A stretch of 54,433 nt of DNA from Neophaeotheca triangularis. Taxonomy: Eukaryota. Below the pieces are notes generated by a model. That model made no database searches. It saw only the letters and a program-made list of their open reading frames with translations, and had not been told where the DNA came from. Of this stretch, positions 33,095 to 45,317 are shown in pieces. Every line of letters begins with the position of its first letter. Within the stretch, counting starts at the first letter, position 1. A program made the translations under genes and the position numbers. Location: contig BAAIJX010000090.1 in the NCBI GenBank assembly GCA_054600435.1, positions 1-54,433 on the forward strand, written 5' to 3'.

Positions 33095-35874
33095 GGGATC
33101 AGTTACTGGTTTGCCGAGACACTCCAGTCCCCTTCCACGCTCCGTGACAGACCCAAGACGTGGCCCAAGGGTGCGTACTTGGACTCGGACAGGTAGCACA
33201 TCTGCCGAGTGGTTGAGAAGGGGTGAGAGAGATGTTCGTTGCCTTGAGCCGGACACACCTCACGAGCAATGAATGGGACGAGGTACGCAGAAATTACACA
33301 TCAAAATGGAACGTGATCGAGCAGAGTCTGTGGACACATGAGATCCTCGGCGCTCAGCAATATGGGAGCAGGCTCCTGAGTTGGTTACGGCTGCGAGAGA
33401 TGGTTCCCCCAAAAATTGCATTTACGAGGCGCTTTACAGGGCATTTAACAGCGGAGTTCTCCTGGTATACCAAGGTCAATTGCTACGGAGTTTTGAACTA
33501 CAATGTCACCTGTCAGAATGTAAATCTCAATCAACCACTTCTCGGTAACGATACAATCATACGACGTTCCAGGCGACGTCCAAATTTGATAGAACACATC
33601 TTAGCTTGGATCCTAGCCTTGGCGGCGTTCAAGCGTCGTCCCGACTCGTCCGCCTCGCCACCCGTCGCAGATCAAAGCTTGCCCGTGCCCTCTTGTCGCC
33701 CGCCGAGCCGGCCGTATTTTTTGGCCGAAATTGGCAAAAGACTTGGTTCCAGCCCGGTAACTGACGGAGAGCAAGGCCTGCCCGGCTCTCGGCCTCTCAC
33801 GTGCCGGCTCTATCTTATCTCCGCCGAGATTGTCCCAATCACGTGCAATGTCGGGAGTGAATCTGCCGATGCCTCCCAGAACACGTGAACAGGTGTTGTC
33901 GCCGTTGCCGCCTCCGGTCGAGAACTGCCGAATGCTCCCCTCCCGCATCGCGCGCGGCGCGAGAAACCTTTCAGAAGTCAAGGCATCCTAGGAGGTACGT
34001 GGATCGCTCACTCTGGTTGTCCTTGATAGGAAGCAGCAGCATCACTACAACCAATAGGCATTCCAGTATGCATCTCTAATAACGGCGCGAAGTAGGAGCT
34101 ACCCATGTTCGCTAATCGCTGCATCCGGATGGATGGAAATGCATCTAGAGATCCGGACAGCTGTCACGAGAACTACTTGCAGCCATCTCCTTTTGTGTAG
34201 GCAGTCGCACTTAGATACATCACATTTGCCTCTAGTGAAGGCTCGAAACGAAGGCCTATCGAAGCTGCGCCTGTCGGGGACCGGATGCCCGAGGCTTTGG
34301 TATGTTCTACTGCAATAATACCTTAGGGTTGCATCCTCGAGCCTGCTGAAATATATGTAGCGCTCTGCATCCATGCAGGGCTTGGTCACGACCTACAGGC
34401 GAGGTTCAGCTTTTGAAAAGAGGCATGCAGCAGCCTACCTAGGCACGCTTAGGATTAGTGAGTCTGACATCAGCAACAGCCTTTCTGCGCTTGTGAAGAA
34501 GACGACCGCCGTGCTACTTGACATGCAGTCCCATGGCTTAGAAAGAGGGTGTTGCGGTGCGGGTTGGTTTCTGTAGTAAGATTCGAGACCAGTCTTACGA
34601 CGCCCTGCTTTCTTGTTGGGTGTAGGCACGCTGCCTTTCATTCGATCTTGCCAGGTCTCTACAGTCGTTCTTATTAAAGCTCCAACTTTTGATCCTTTCC
34701 CCTCCTTCCGTTTAATCAACACACCTCCAACCCGGAAAACCTCAAGCCACAACCTACTATGTAGCTTAGTGGCCATCGGCATGCGATCAATCTATCCAAG
34801 TCTCACACATGCTCGTCAGCAAGCCCGAAGATCCGCTGTCCGGCACCTCGCTTCCGCTATAGGGGATCTTCTTCATTGGCAATACTCTCATGCATACAGG
34901 AGGATCCATCACAGGGTGTGAAGTTAATATATACATCTACCAGGCGAGATACATAACCGATCTGGATCCGATTCGGCCCGTGAATGATCGCGAACTATTC
35001 TGGGATGTACCCTCCCGTCCGATGGAAGAATCATGAGCTGTCGCCGACCTGAGCCACCCTCCACGCTTTTTCGGGACGTTAAACACGGGCAGCATCACTA
35101 CGCAACATGCCAGACTTCTACGGGGTCGAGGACGGGATCTAGCAGGTCATTGGCGCCCGAAAAGTGCCTGGTCTGGCCTCGTTGGGCAGCTTTGCCATAA
35201 GAGACTTGGTAGTCACCAGATCTCTACGATCCACACAACTGTCAGCGCCGCGGATGTGACTGCATCCAATACCTCTCAACGGCAGGTTGCAAGCGGATTT
35301 CCGGGTGAGGGTACGATTCAGTTGGAAATCATGTACTGCAGCTGTCTGCTCTACGAACAACCTGGCGACATACTTGGCTTCCGGAAGGTCTACCCATCTC
35401 GTATGTATAGCCATCCAGATTATGCCGCCACGGCCGCCACCAGCTTCTGTGTCTATGCCTAGTCGTCAGCTACTGATCAAGGTCTTGTCGATGCAGGGTT
35501 GCAGGTATTCATGGCCTCAGCCTGGTCGAAAACAGCCATTCTTCACAAAATCGCTCATGCCGTTGGCACGCGCCATGCATTGAGACGGCTTCTCTCCATT
35601 AGCAGCTGCCTCAAAGTAGGTGATGCAGCTTCGCTTGTGTCTACTCCTCCATATCATGAGATTGGTCGCGGTCGGCATGCGCTACGAATCACGGTGGCTG
35701 GATGCGACAAGAGCTTCTGCCAAAGAGTCGTCTATTGGAAGCGATCAAGGTCTCCGCTGTGGAATTTCCGTGGTATAAAGACAGGTTGCTCGCAGCCCGA
35801 TCGGTGTATTGGGGCACCAAGTTGGCCCTTGACTTCGTAGACCGCTTCTCAAGTCCCACTCGTCTTCTTTCACG

Positions 35875-37805
35875 ATGCTCTTTCCATCCATCGCCTCTTT
35901 CGTTGCTTTCCTCGGCTTGCAAATCTCTCACTCCTATGGTCAAAGCATCACACAATGCCCGCGTTCTGAGACCACGCACAATGGGCCCAATGGGCTTGTC
36001 TACCGGTAGCTACACCAAACGCAACCCCATAGCATTCCAAAGCTCATGTGTATCTAGGACTTGCCCTGGCACGGACTATGTGGGTACGAGCTATCAAGTA
36101 GTTGGGAATACGGCGAATGCGGCAGCGTGCGTTCAACTCTGCGCTCGAGATACTGCCAATGCTTGCGACAAGTCAGTCTACGACACGCAAACCCGCGACT
36201 GCCATCTCAAGGGGAGTGACACATACTCGTTGCGTTGGACCACCAACGCCCGGTTCACCTCCAGCAGAAGGGTGACAACGGGTAACGTCGGAAGATGGGG
36301 ACAGCTTGTCCCCTTGCCAGTCATCCCCGTGGCTGCATATGTCGTGCCTACTCAGCCTGAGAGAGTGCTGTTTTTTTCTGCTTGGGGCGCTCAGAACTTT
36401 GGTGGTGCCGGCGGACTTACTCAGTGAGTGCATGAATCATCTCACATGTGTACAAGAGTTAACCAAATTCACCAGATTCGCCGACTACAACTGGCGGTCC
36501 GGTGCTGTTTCGGCGCGTCAGGTAGCCAACACCAACCACGATATGTTTTGTCCTGGCATCAGTTCCCTCCAAGATGGCCGTATTGTAATTACTGGAGGCT
36601 CCGATGCCCAGGCCGTTAGCATCTACAACCCTGCCAACAACCAATTCACCAGAGGTCCTAACATGAGGATGGCTCGAGGGTATCAGTCTTCCACCATCCT
36701 GTCTGACGGCCGCATCTTCACAATCGGAGGGAGCTACAGCGGCGGCATTCGTCGCAAGGCCGGAGAAGTGTACGATCCTCAGAGTAACACTTGGACGATG
36801 CTTCCGGGCGCTGATGCCCGGCCACTTGAGACGACGGATCGTGAGGGAGCATGGCGTATTGACAACCATGCCTGGCTTTTCCCTTGGAGCGACGGTTCCG
36901 TCTTCCAAGCCGGTCCCAGCAAGGCCATGAATTGGTACTCTACGAAGAACGGCGGGTCTGTACAGGCCGCTGGGACTCGGGAAACAGCAAATGATGCCAT
37001 GTGCGGCGTTAATGTCATGTACGATGCCGGCAAGATTTTCGCGGCCGGTGGTTCCCAAGACTACACCAACAGCGCAGCTTTCAACCGGGCATTTCTCATA
37101 ACCATCACCACCCCAAATACCCCCGCGACCGTCGAGCGTTTGCCCGCGATGCGCTACCCTCGCGGCTTCGCCAACGTTGTTGTCTTACCCGACGGCAAGG
37201 TCCTCATTACGGGCGGCCAAAAGCGTAGTTTGGTCTTCACAAACACCGACTCTTCGCTCCCCGCAGAGCTGTTCGACCCCGTCACGAAAACCTTCAGCGT
37301 GCTGGCCGAAGAAGCGAGGCCGCGAAACTACCACTCTGTGTCGATCCTCCTCGCCGACGGCACCGTCTTCTCGGGAGGTGGCGGACTATGCTACGTCGGC
37401 GGCGGGCGTGGTGGCAGCGACAGACACTGCGACCGTTCCGTCGACCACCTCAACGGGCAGATCTTCTCCCCGCCCTACCTCTTCAACAATGACGGCACGA
37501 TTGCAATCCGTCCTGTCATCTCTTCCGCGCCGTCAAACGCCCGAGTCGGAACTACCATAACCCTCCAAATGAGCAACAGCAACACCGGCATGACATTCTC
37601 CCTCGTGAGGATGGGTAGTGTCACTCATTCCATCAACATTGACCAACGGCGTCTTGCCATGAGAGATGTCGCGCAGTCGGGAAATTCGTTTACTATCCGT
37701 TTGCCCAGCGATTCGGGGGTCTTGCTACCAGGGTATTACTACTTGTTCGGGATGAATCAGGCTGGTGTACCGTCCGTGGCGAGCGTGTTGCAGATTCGTT
37801 TGTGA
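35875..37805 (+). CDS. Secreted AA5_2 copper radical oxidase (galactose/alcohol oxidase family) with N-terminal PAN/apple domain; introns 36006-36057, 36424-36475
   Basis: Signal MLFPSIASFVAFLGLQ..; PAN-like CPGTD..CVQLC..C..VYD..CHLK; HDMFCPG (crosslink Cys), ARGYQSS (crosslink Tyr), RNYHS, THSIN copper ligands; Kelch repeats. Confidence 0.93.
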
Positions 37806-38621
37806 AGAGGCTGTGACGGAGATTGCATGGGACGTGAATCGACAGTAATATGTACTTGTGAACAGCAAAGAGACACTTTTGTCATGGGGGCAAGATTTGT
37901 TGGAAATCGTAGTTTCCCATGACGATTGTCGGTATATGGTCTACCTTTTCGTATCAGCACACTGCTTGAGTGATTTAGCTGCTGGAAGATCGTAACAAGA
38001 CGCAGAGTATTGCTCGACCTGTTGTCTTATTGAAAGGAATTGAATGCACTCACGGGAGGCCTGCTCGATCAATCACATATTCACCAGAAACCCCTTAATA
38101 ACGAAGCCCCTTACTAATCACGTCCGAGACAACGGCCACGGCCCCGAGAAATTCGCGTAGCCGTTAGCCCTAGCCGAGTTGCCGGTCGATCTTGAGTTTG
38201 CTTGATGTCAGCGACAAAGCTTGAATTTCTCGATATCAATTTTTCTTTAGCAGATATCAATTGATCATTCGCTTTCGCCTTTTGATCTTCGAGCTAGTAA
38301 ATGCGCAGAGTGATCTTGATTGGTGTTGGAAGCCGCAATTGGCGCTGGTGTCATCACGCTCAACTTTTGCGACCGGAAGCGGTACCTTCGTCTGTTGAGC
38401 CCTGTGGCAATGATGTAAGTTGAGAATGATGGATGGCTACGGAAGTATCACCGCCGCCGAAGAGTGGTGACGCTACTCGTCTGTCAGTATTCGACTATGG
38501 AATCAAAAATGTTCGAAAACATGTTCTTGCTGTCCAGAGAGGTTTTCTCATCTCGGACGTATACCACTCATCCCTCCATTCAACGTATTCTTTACGTACG
38601 AAGACGAACTACACAACAACC

Positions 38622-39492
38622 ATGTCCGTCGAAGCACACCCCGCCCACGAGGACAAGAAGCAAAACATCCTTGAATCGACGCCCAACGTTCAGATCTTCC
38701 TTCGCCCCATCGCACCGCCGGCAGCGCTTGGTCTGGCTGGTTTCGCTGGCTCAACATGGATCACTAGCAGCTACATAGCCGACTGGTGGGGGAGTTCAGA
38801 GTCGCCTACCATCTTCTTCCCCTTTGTGGGAATCTTCGGCGGTCTGGCGCAGTTCATCGCGGGAATCAAGGGGTTTGAGGCGCGCGATACACTTGTGACG
38901 GTCATCAACACCATGTGGGGGAGCTTTTGGATCGCCATTGGCATCTTGTATGCCTTTGTGGTAAGTCAAAGGATAATTATGCGCAGGCATATGCACCAAG
39001 TATCTTGCTAACGCAGATGCTCAGGCTGCCGGCGCACTCGACCCGCACTCGGTCCACACACATTTCCCCGAGCTTGCTTCGTGGTTCATTGTCCTCACGG
39101 CATTCACCTGGTCGAGCGCACTAGCAGCATATGCCCGCGACGTAGTCCTTTCCGCCTGCCTGACCTCCCTTGCCGTCGGCAGCACCATCGCCTGTTGTCT
39201 TTTCTCCTACAACGGAGGAACCTCGGAGACTTCTGGCTCCGGCGACGGCGAGTCCGGGCCAGTCACCATGGGTATCAAAGCTGCCTCGTACTTTTGGATG
39301 CTCGCGGCGCTTCTTGCCTGGTGGCGCGTGACGGTGTACTTGGTGGAAGAGGCGTATGGTCCTGGATCCTTCATCACCAAGTTCTTCCCGATCGGCAGGA
39401 CAGCTATGGAGAAGCGTGCGCCGCTTGTTATCCCAGGTCTTGGTGAGCCGGGTGTCAAGCGTGGTGTGCCCAAGTTCTTGCCTACCGAGTGA
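38622..39492 (+). CDS. GPR1/FUN34/SatP (AceTr) family acetate/carboxylate transporter; intron 38961-39024
   Basis: IAPPAALGLAGF, FGGLAQFIAG, WGSFW; about 6 hydrophobic helices. Confidence 0.88.
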
Positions 39493-41193
39493 GAAGGTAC
39501 TGGAATTGAGGATGCGGTCTAGCATCGCGGAGACCAAGAGTAATGTGGATATAACTTGAAAAGGTCGCAGTGGTTAGCACATTGGATATCCAGGCTGCAG
39601 AGTAAAGACGGGCCGACCAAGTAATAGGATCGGACTAGAGGGTCAGCTCATCACGGTCTGGAAGGATGACGCCCATGAAAGTGTCCGGAGTGGAATGCAC
39701 ATGAAAGGGCTGGATCGAATGCACCCGCCCAGAGGGCTGCGGCTGCGCCCTGTTTCAGCAATATTTGTGGCCGCGAGGCGAAGTCAGATGGGCGGTATGG
39801 GTAGCAACAGTATGGAGCGGATGCGTGCGCAAGCTGCCTGATAGAATAATGCCAGCCTGGTCGAACATGTGCTGCCACCGGATACCTTCACTTGATGTCG
39901 ATATGCATCAGACTCATCTTGTCAACTCGATACCGCCTCATGGTGGCCTCGACAGGTCTGCTAGTCTTGTCGTTCGTTCCATGTATTCCCGCGGAACAAG
40001 TGTAAGTTTGTAGTCGCCTTTTTCGAAACCGGGCGGCTGTCATCTCATCGAAGGAAGATTCATACTGTGATGTTGTGGTTCTGTGTTCATTCTCCCTGAC
40101 TACCGTATGCATGCCATCTGTCTCGGAACCACCTGCAATCGAACGCTATTGCTCGAATGACAACGATTCATCTCGAAATTACCCCGAGGCTTCTTCTTCA
40201 TTATTGTTGTCTTGGCCTCGCATATATCCAATGAAACCCGCCATGTTACACAGTCCAACGGTCTTCTAGTCCTCTCCCGAGGCTGGACTGGCTGCGCTCT
40301 TTGCTCGAGCCACACGGCGATCTGTGACTCAGCAACGGCAACTTTCCATTCTCACAACCACCGCATCTCGAAACCTCATCTAAAACGACTTGCGTGGACT
40401 TTATTACCTGCGAATGATGATTTGAGTCATCAGCACATATTGCGAGACGAGTACTGCTTCGGGTTGTCGACGGCAAGGGAAGTTCTGTCACAGACTGCGC
40501 CGCCAGTCGACGAGGGCCACGACCACCCAAGAAACGGCATCTTTCGCCTACTGATCAGGCAGCCCTTTTGATGTTGGGCGATACAGGTAGGTCGAAGGGC
40601 GTATCTTCGAATCGTGCCAAAGCATGGTGTTGTGCAAAGTGACTTTACAAAGTGCTCAAATCGTACTGAACAAGGGAGGAAGTAGTACTGAGACTTAACC
40701 GGCCTCGTATCGACGGCCTGCAAGCTGTCGATTCTTTCCAGCTAGTGGAAGATGAGACGATAAGCCAAAACACCAAGGTCTTGGAGTTACATGTTGCCCT
40801 TTCTTGACTCTCTCGCAGCACTCGCGGACTACTTTTCGATGACCTGCATCACATATCGGACATGGACTTGATGTCGACGTCCGGATTCAGCAATCTGCGA
40901 AAGTCCTTCGTCATATCAATCGGTATGGCAGGGCGCATTGGCGGTGCTTGTGACGGTGCCGCTGCATGCTCCTATGTTTCGTGACGAGATTATCTTTTCA
41001 AAGCTAACGTCCATATAATCGCACCTCTCTCTCCCAACTGTCAACTTCCCTTTCCCATACAACAGTTTCTCAATCTGCGGCCTACCTTTGTCATTCATTT
41101 CATCCGTTGATCGGACTCTACATTTTCTTTCCCCATTCTATTAATTCCCAAAATTTTCACCATTTCCACTTCCAACAAGACATTTCTCACAAC

Positions 41194-43244
41194 ATGAAGT
41201 TCTCAAGCAACGTCGCCCTTCTGGGCCTGGCCCTCTCCGTCTCCGCTGCTCCCGTCAAGAGCAATGAAAAACGAACTCTCGGTTTGCTCTTCGGAGGCCA
41301 CGGAAAATCAGGTGGCGGTGACGATGGAGGTTCCCGCGGAGGTCTGCTAGGCAAACTCGGTGGTGGCGGAGGCGGATCTCTAGGCTCTGGTGGCCTTGGT
41401 TCCATCGGCTCCGACTCTGGACCCGGTTCTTCACCGGGCTCTTACGGTGACGACGACGAGGTCGAAGCCTCCCCCGGAGACTCCCTCGGCGACATGCTGG
41501 GTATGCCCAGTTCTGGTTCCTCGGACGATGCATCCGCGGATGAGTCTACCGACGCCCTCTCCGGCCTGGGTGACGATGCGGATGCCAGTGCCTCTGACGA
41601 GACGGCCGCGGACGACTCTACCGACGCCCTCTCCGGCCTGGGTGACGATGCGGATGCCAGTGCCTCTGACGAGACAGCCGCGGATGACTCTACCGCCGCC
41701 CTCTCCGGCCTGGGTGACGACACCGCCGACGCTCTCTCCTCGGATGACACCTATGCAGATGACTCTGCCGACGCCTCCTCTAGTCTAGGAGGATCGGCGG
41801 GTGCTGGAAGCAACGCTTCGGCCACCTTGGGCTCCGACAGCCCCTCTACTTCTTCCGCCTTGGGCGGTACTCTCGACGCAGACGCCACCTTGGGCGCCGA
41901 CGGGCCATCAGCCTCTGTCGGATTAGGCGACGACCTCGGCGCAGAAGCTAGCTTGGGCGCTGATGGTCCCTCTGCCTCTGCGGAGTTGGGTGATGACCTC
42001 GGCGCAGACGCCAGCTTGGGCGCTGACGGCCCCTCTGCTTCTTCCAGCCTGGACAGCGACCTCGACTCCGACTCTTCTGCCGATCTTGATTCCTATGCCG
42101 ACACTGATGCCTCTGCCGACGCAGACGCCTCTACCGACCTTGCTAGCGAGTCATCTGCCTCGACTGACTCTAGTTCGGCTCCCGCCGAGGGCAGCTTGGA
42201 AGCCCTACTCGCTGATGACAGCGACGTTGCGACGGAGGCTGAGCCATCTAGCGGTGGCAGCGGTGGTAGTGGTGGCATCGGCGGCATTCTCGGCAAGCTT
42301 GGTGGCGCAAAGAGCAAGCGTCAACTCAGCGGCCTCTCTTCGCTCGGCGGCGGCGGCATGCCTGACCTGTCTTCTCTCGGCGGTCTCAGCTCTCTCGGTG
42401 GTGGTGGAAGCATGCCTGACCTCTCTTCTCTCGGCGGTCTCAGCTCTCTCGGTGGTGGTAGCAGGCCTGACCTCTCGTCCCTCGGTGGCGGTGGTCTCGG
42501 TAGCATGCTCGGCGACAGTACGTACTCTCAACCGCAAAGGACAAAATCTTTCCACCAAGCATATACTGACTAGCACACAGGCGCTGTCGCTGAAACTGAT
42601 GTTTCTGCCGACGTCGACGCTTCTGACGACTCCGCTCCCGCAGCCTCTTCGGGCGGTGCTTCTAGGCCTGGCTGCGCTGATGTGACTTTGATCTTCGCAC
42701 GTGGTACCGGCGAGATGGGCACCATGGGCACGATTATTGGTCCTAAATTCGCTAGCGCGCTCAAGTCCAAGGTTGGCAGTGTCGACGACCAAGGTGTATC
42801 CTACCCGGCCAGCGCTGCAGGCAACGGTAAGAGCCTCAACTTCCAATCACTCATCTGGCGAGATTGCATACTGACAATAATCAAACAGCCCAGCAAGGTG
42901 CTTCCGGCGGTCCTACGATGGCCAAGATGGCCAACGCCGCCCTCCAAAAGTGCCCCAACACCAAGCTCGTGCTCTCCGGCTACTCTCAAGGTGCCATGGT
43001 CGTCCACCACGCCATCTCCAAGGGCGGCATTTCCGGTGACAAGGTCGCTGCCGTTGTCGTCTTCGGTGACCCCAACGCTGGCAGGTCCATCAGCGGCGTC
43101 CCCGACAACAAGATGCTCTCCGTCTGTGGCTCCTCTGACTTTTTGTGCAGTCGCCAGCGTGGCGGCATGACCATCTCGGGCGGCCACATGTCTTACGGCA
43201 GCAGTGCTAGCAAGGCTGCTGACTTTGTTGCCGGGGCTATCTAG
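41194..43244 (+). CDS. Secreted cutinase (CE5) with ~470-aa Gly/Ser/Asp-rich repetitive N-terminal extension; introns 42518-42580, 42827-42888
   Basis: Signal MKFSSNVALLGLALSVSAAP; CADVTLIFARGTGE, YPA, CPNTKLVLSGYSQGA, FGDP, CGSSDFLC, GHMSY; splices are in frame. Confidence 0.9.
41535..42495 (+). repeat. Three coding tandem-repeat families in the cutinase extension (72-bp, 63-bp and ~54-bp units)
   Basis: 72 bp x ~2.6 at 41535-41720 (STDALSGLGDDADASASDETAADD); 63 bp x ~3 at ~41820-42040 (LGADGPSAS..LGDDLGA); ~54 bp x ~3 at 42337-42495 (GGGSMPDLSSLGGLSSL). Confidence 0.9.
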
Positions 43245-44509
43245 TGGAATTCTGAAGAGAGTTTGAAGAGGGGATATAGAGGCATTGTACGGTACTCGAT
43301 TTATTACATTAAGGGGGTGTTGGTCTGTTGGTCTATTGGGTCTTGGCTTTTCGGATACGAGCTGTACACTGCTCTTGTGTTTGAACTTCGCTTCGCTAGG
43401 TACATAGCACTGCGTAGCAAATCTGCTACAACTCAATGTGCGACACTGTGGCTTGCGGTGCAATCATGAGCTTTCATTCGAGGCAGTGAACGAAAGCGGA
43501 CTCGACCTCGAACTGACATTACTTGGGGAACTGGCAAGGTGCTCCAGATAGTAAGCCGAAAGGCAATGACTTGTAAGCGCTTGGGAAATGAGATTGCTGG
43601 TACGAAGCAAGGCAGGCATGGAAGAACAGATAGACGTTCGATTTGATCCCATAGCTTGACATCAGATCAATATTTTCATTTTCTTTGCCAATACCTTTCT
43701 TGCAGGGTTCCTACACCTGTCTCGATTCCATAGGTAGAGCATGGAAGTATGCAGAGTAGATGATTGCTTACCACCTCGTCAAGACGAAACCCAAGCAAGG
43801 CGACGATTATTATTAAGCGATAGCTAGCGGTGCGAACCTCGACGCACATCGATTGCGGAGAGGAAGACTTGCTATCACCATGGGATACCGTCTGAGCATT
43901 AGCGTAGACCACATAGTGGACCTTGTAGCGAGCCTGTCCACTGATGAGAACCTGACAAATTCTACAAGGCTGACTATGTCCTTTGTGACGACAAGATCAA
44001 AAACGCCCTTGATACAACAATGGAAGAGTTCTCTCTACAGCATTTCCTAGACCAAGTTATTGGAGGACGCGCAACACAACTGCGTACTTTTATGCGGGTG
44101 CCTGGACCATCGAAACCGCCCACGGTCGGTCGCTGCGACAACGTTTAGTGTTAGGCTCGCCAAGTAGGCCTCGCCGGATCCCTCGCTTGTCCATTCAACC
44201 TATTGTACGCAACCGCGTCACGGGATAATTAAGCGCCTTAAGCCGCCATGTCTTTTGCGGCCGGATTCCTCCAATGCAATTAATCCTGCTGCCTAGAGTA
44301 GAGTCGCAGGCGAGGATCCAGTGGGTGATACTGATGATAGGGCTTGTGCCCATGGAGACCAAAGGCTGAAGTAAACGCGAGTCTATCTGTACATCTACTG
44401 CGTGATTGGCATATCTATTAAGCACCTTATACGTCTTGATCCCTCCCCGGCCATCAATCCTTTCCCCCCCAAACTTGTGTCCCTACAACCTAAGCAGCAA
44501 AGTCCCATC

Positions 44510-45317
44510 ATGACATTCGCGACGGATCACTACACGGAATACCCGCACTTGGTCGTTGTGTCCAGGCTATTCGGCATTCTAAAGTACAGCCAACTACTCA
44601 ATGCAATCCTCATCCTCGGGGCATCCATCTACAATGCTATCCTAGTCACGTCTCCGTCGCATTATTACGCCGCGTCAGTCTCGCTCTTTACCATCGTTAT
44701 CACCGCCTATTACCTCGTGGCTTCCAGACTCAGGCCGCAGATTTACAACTGGATCGCGCTACTCGTTTTGGAAGTCTTCGGCGCCGTTTTCTGGACTGCA
44801 GCGTGGCCGGCTCTGGCAAAACCAGCCGCCGACTGGTATCGAGATGGCTACTGGAACATTCTAGACGTCGATCTGAAATTCCAAAAGGCCTACCACGGTT
44901 GCATCACCATCGCCCTTGTCTTGGGCATCTTCAACTTGTAAGCGAATCTCTGCTACTGAGCTGGTGGGAGGGGCAAGGCTGACAATAACCTGCAGTCTCC
45001 TCTACGGGGCCACTCTCCATTTGTTTTGCAAGGCGATCGCCCACCACCGATTCGCCGGGAAACCTGTGTGTCCAACTTGGAGCGGACTTCCGCCTCCGTA
45101 TGCCCGCGAGCTACATGCGGAACCGGCAGCATCGATTCCAATGTCTGACGAGGAGAAGCTTGTGCAAGAGAGCGGCATTGTCGCTGGAGAACCTCCGGCG
45201 TATGTTGGTCGGCCGGAGAAGGATGAGGTGGCCGATGAGAAGCCTGGCGGCCGCTGCTATATAGTAGTGGTCAATGAGGAGGTTTGGGATAGCCAGAGAG
45301 CCGATCAAAATGTCTGA
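44510..45317 (+). CDS. MARVEL-like four-TM membrane protein; intron 44938-44995
   Basis: Four hydrophobic segments, YNWIALLVLEVFGAVFW..AW motif typical of fungal MARVEL proteins; C-terminal PPPY and PPAY motifs. Confidence 0.75.

Noticed and set aside
29700..35700. Non-permease intergenic ORFs such as 30052-30669 and 33223-33888
   Set aside because: No recognisable motifs, mostly non-ATG starts and random-looking composition
35702..36005. ORF-track start for the oxidase at 35702
   Set aside because: No signal peptide in that frame; the ATG at 35875 in another frame gives a signal peptide and splices in frame
40184..40282. Two CCGAGG (FarA/CTF1-type) motifs ~1 kb upstream of the cutinase
   Set aside because: Plausible, but a 6-mer in GC-balanced DNA at this distance cannot be told from chance without conservation data
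41535..41720. Regular repeats resembling a CRISPR array
   Set aside because: Eukaryotic, in-frame coding tandem repeats with no unique spacers
41194..42500. Kex2-repeat RiPP (dikaritin/KEP) precursor
   Set aside because: Only two KR sites, the repeats are not individually flanked by dibasic sites, and no DUF3328 oxidase is nearby
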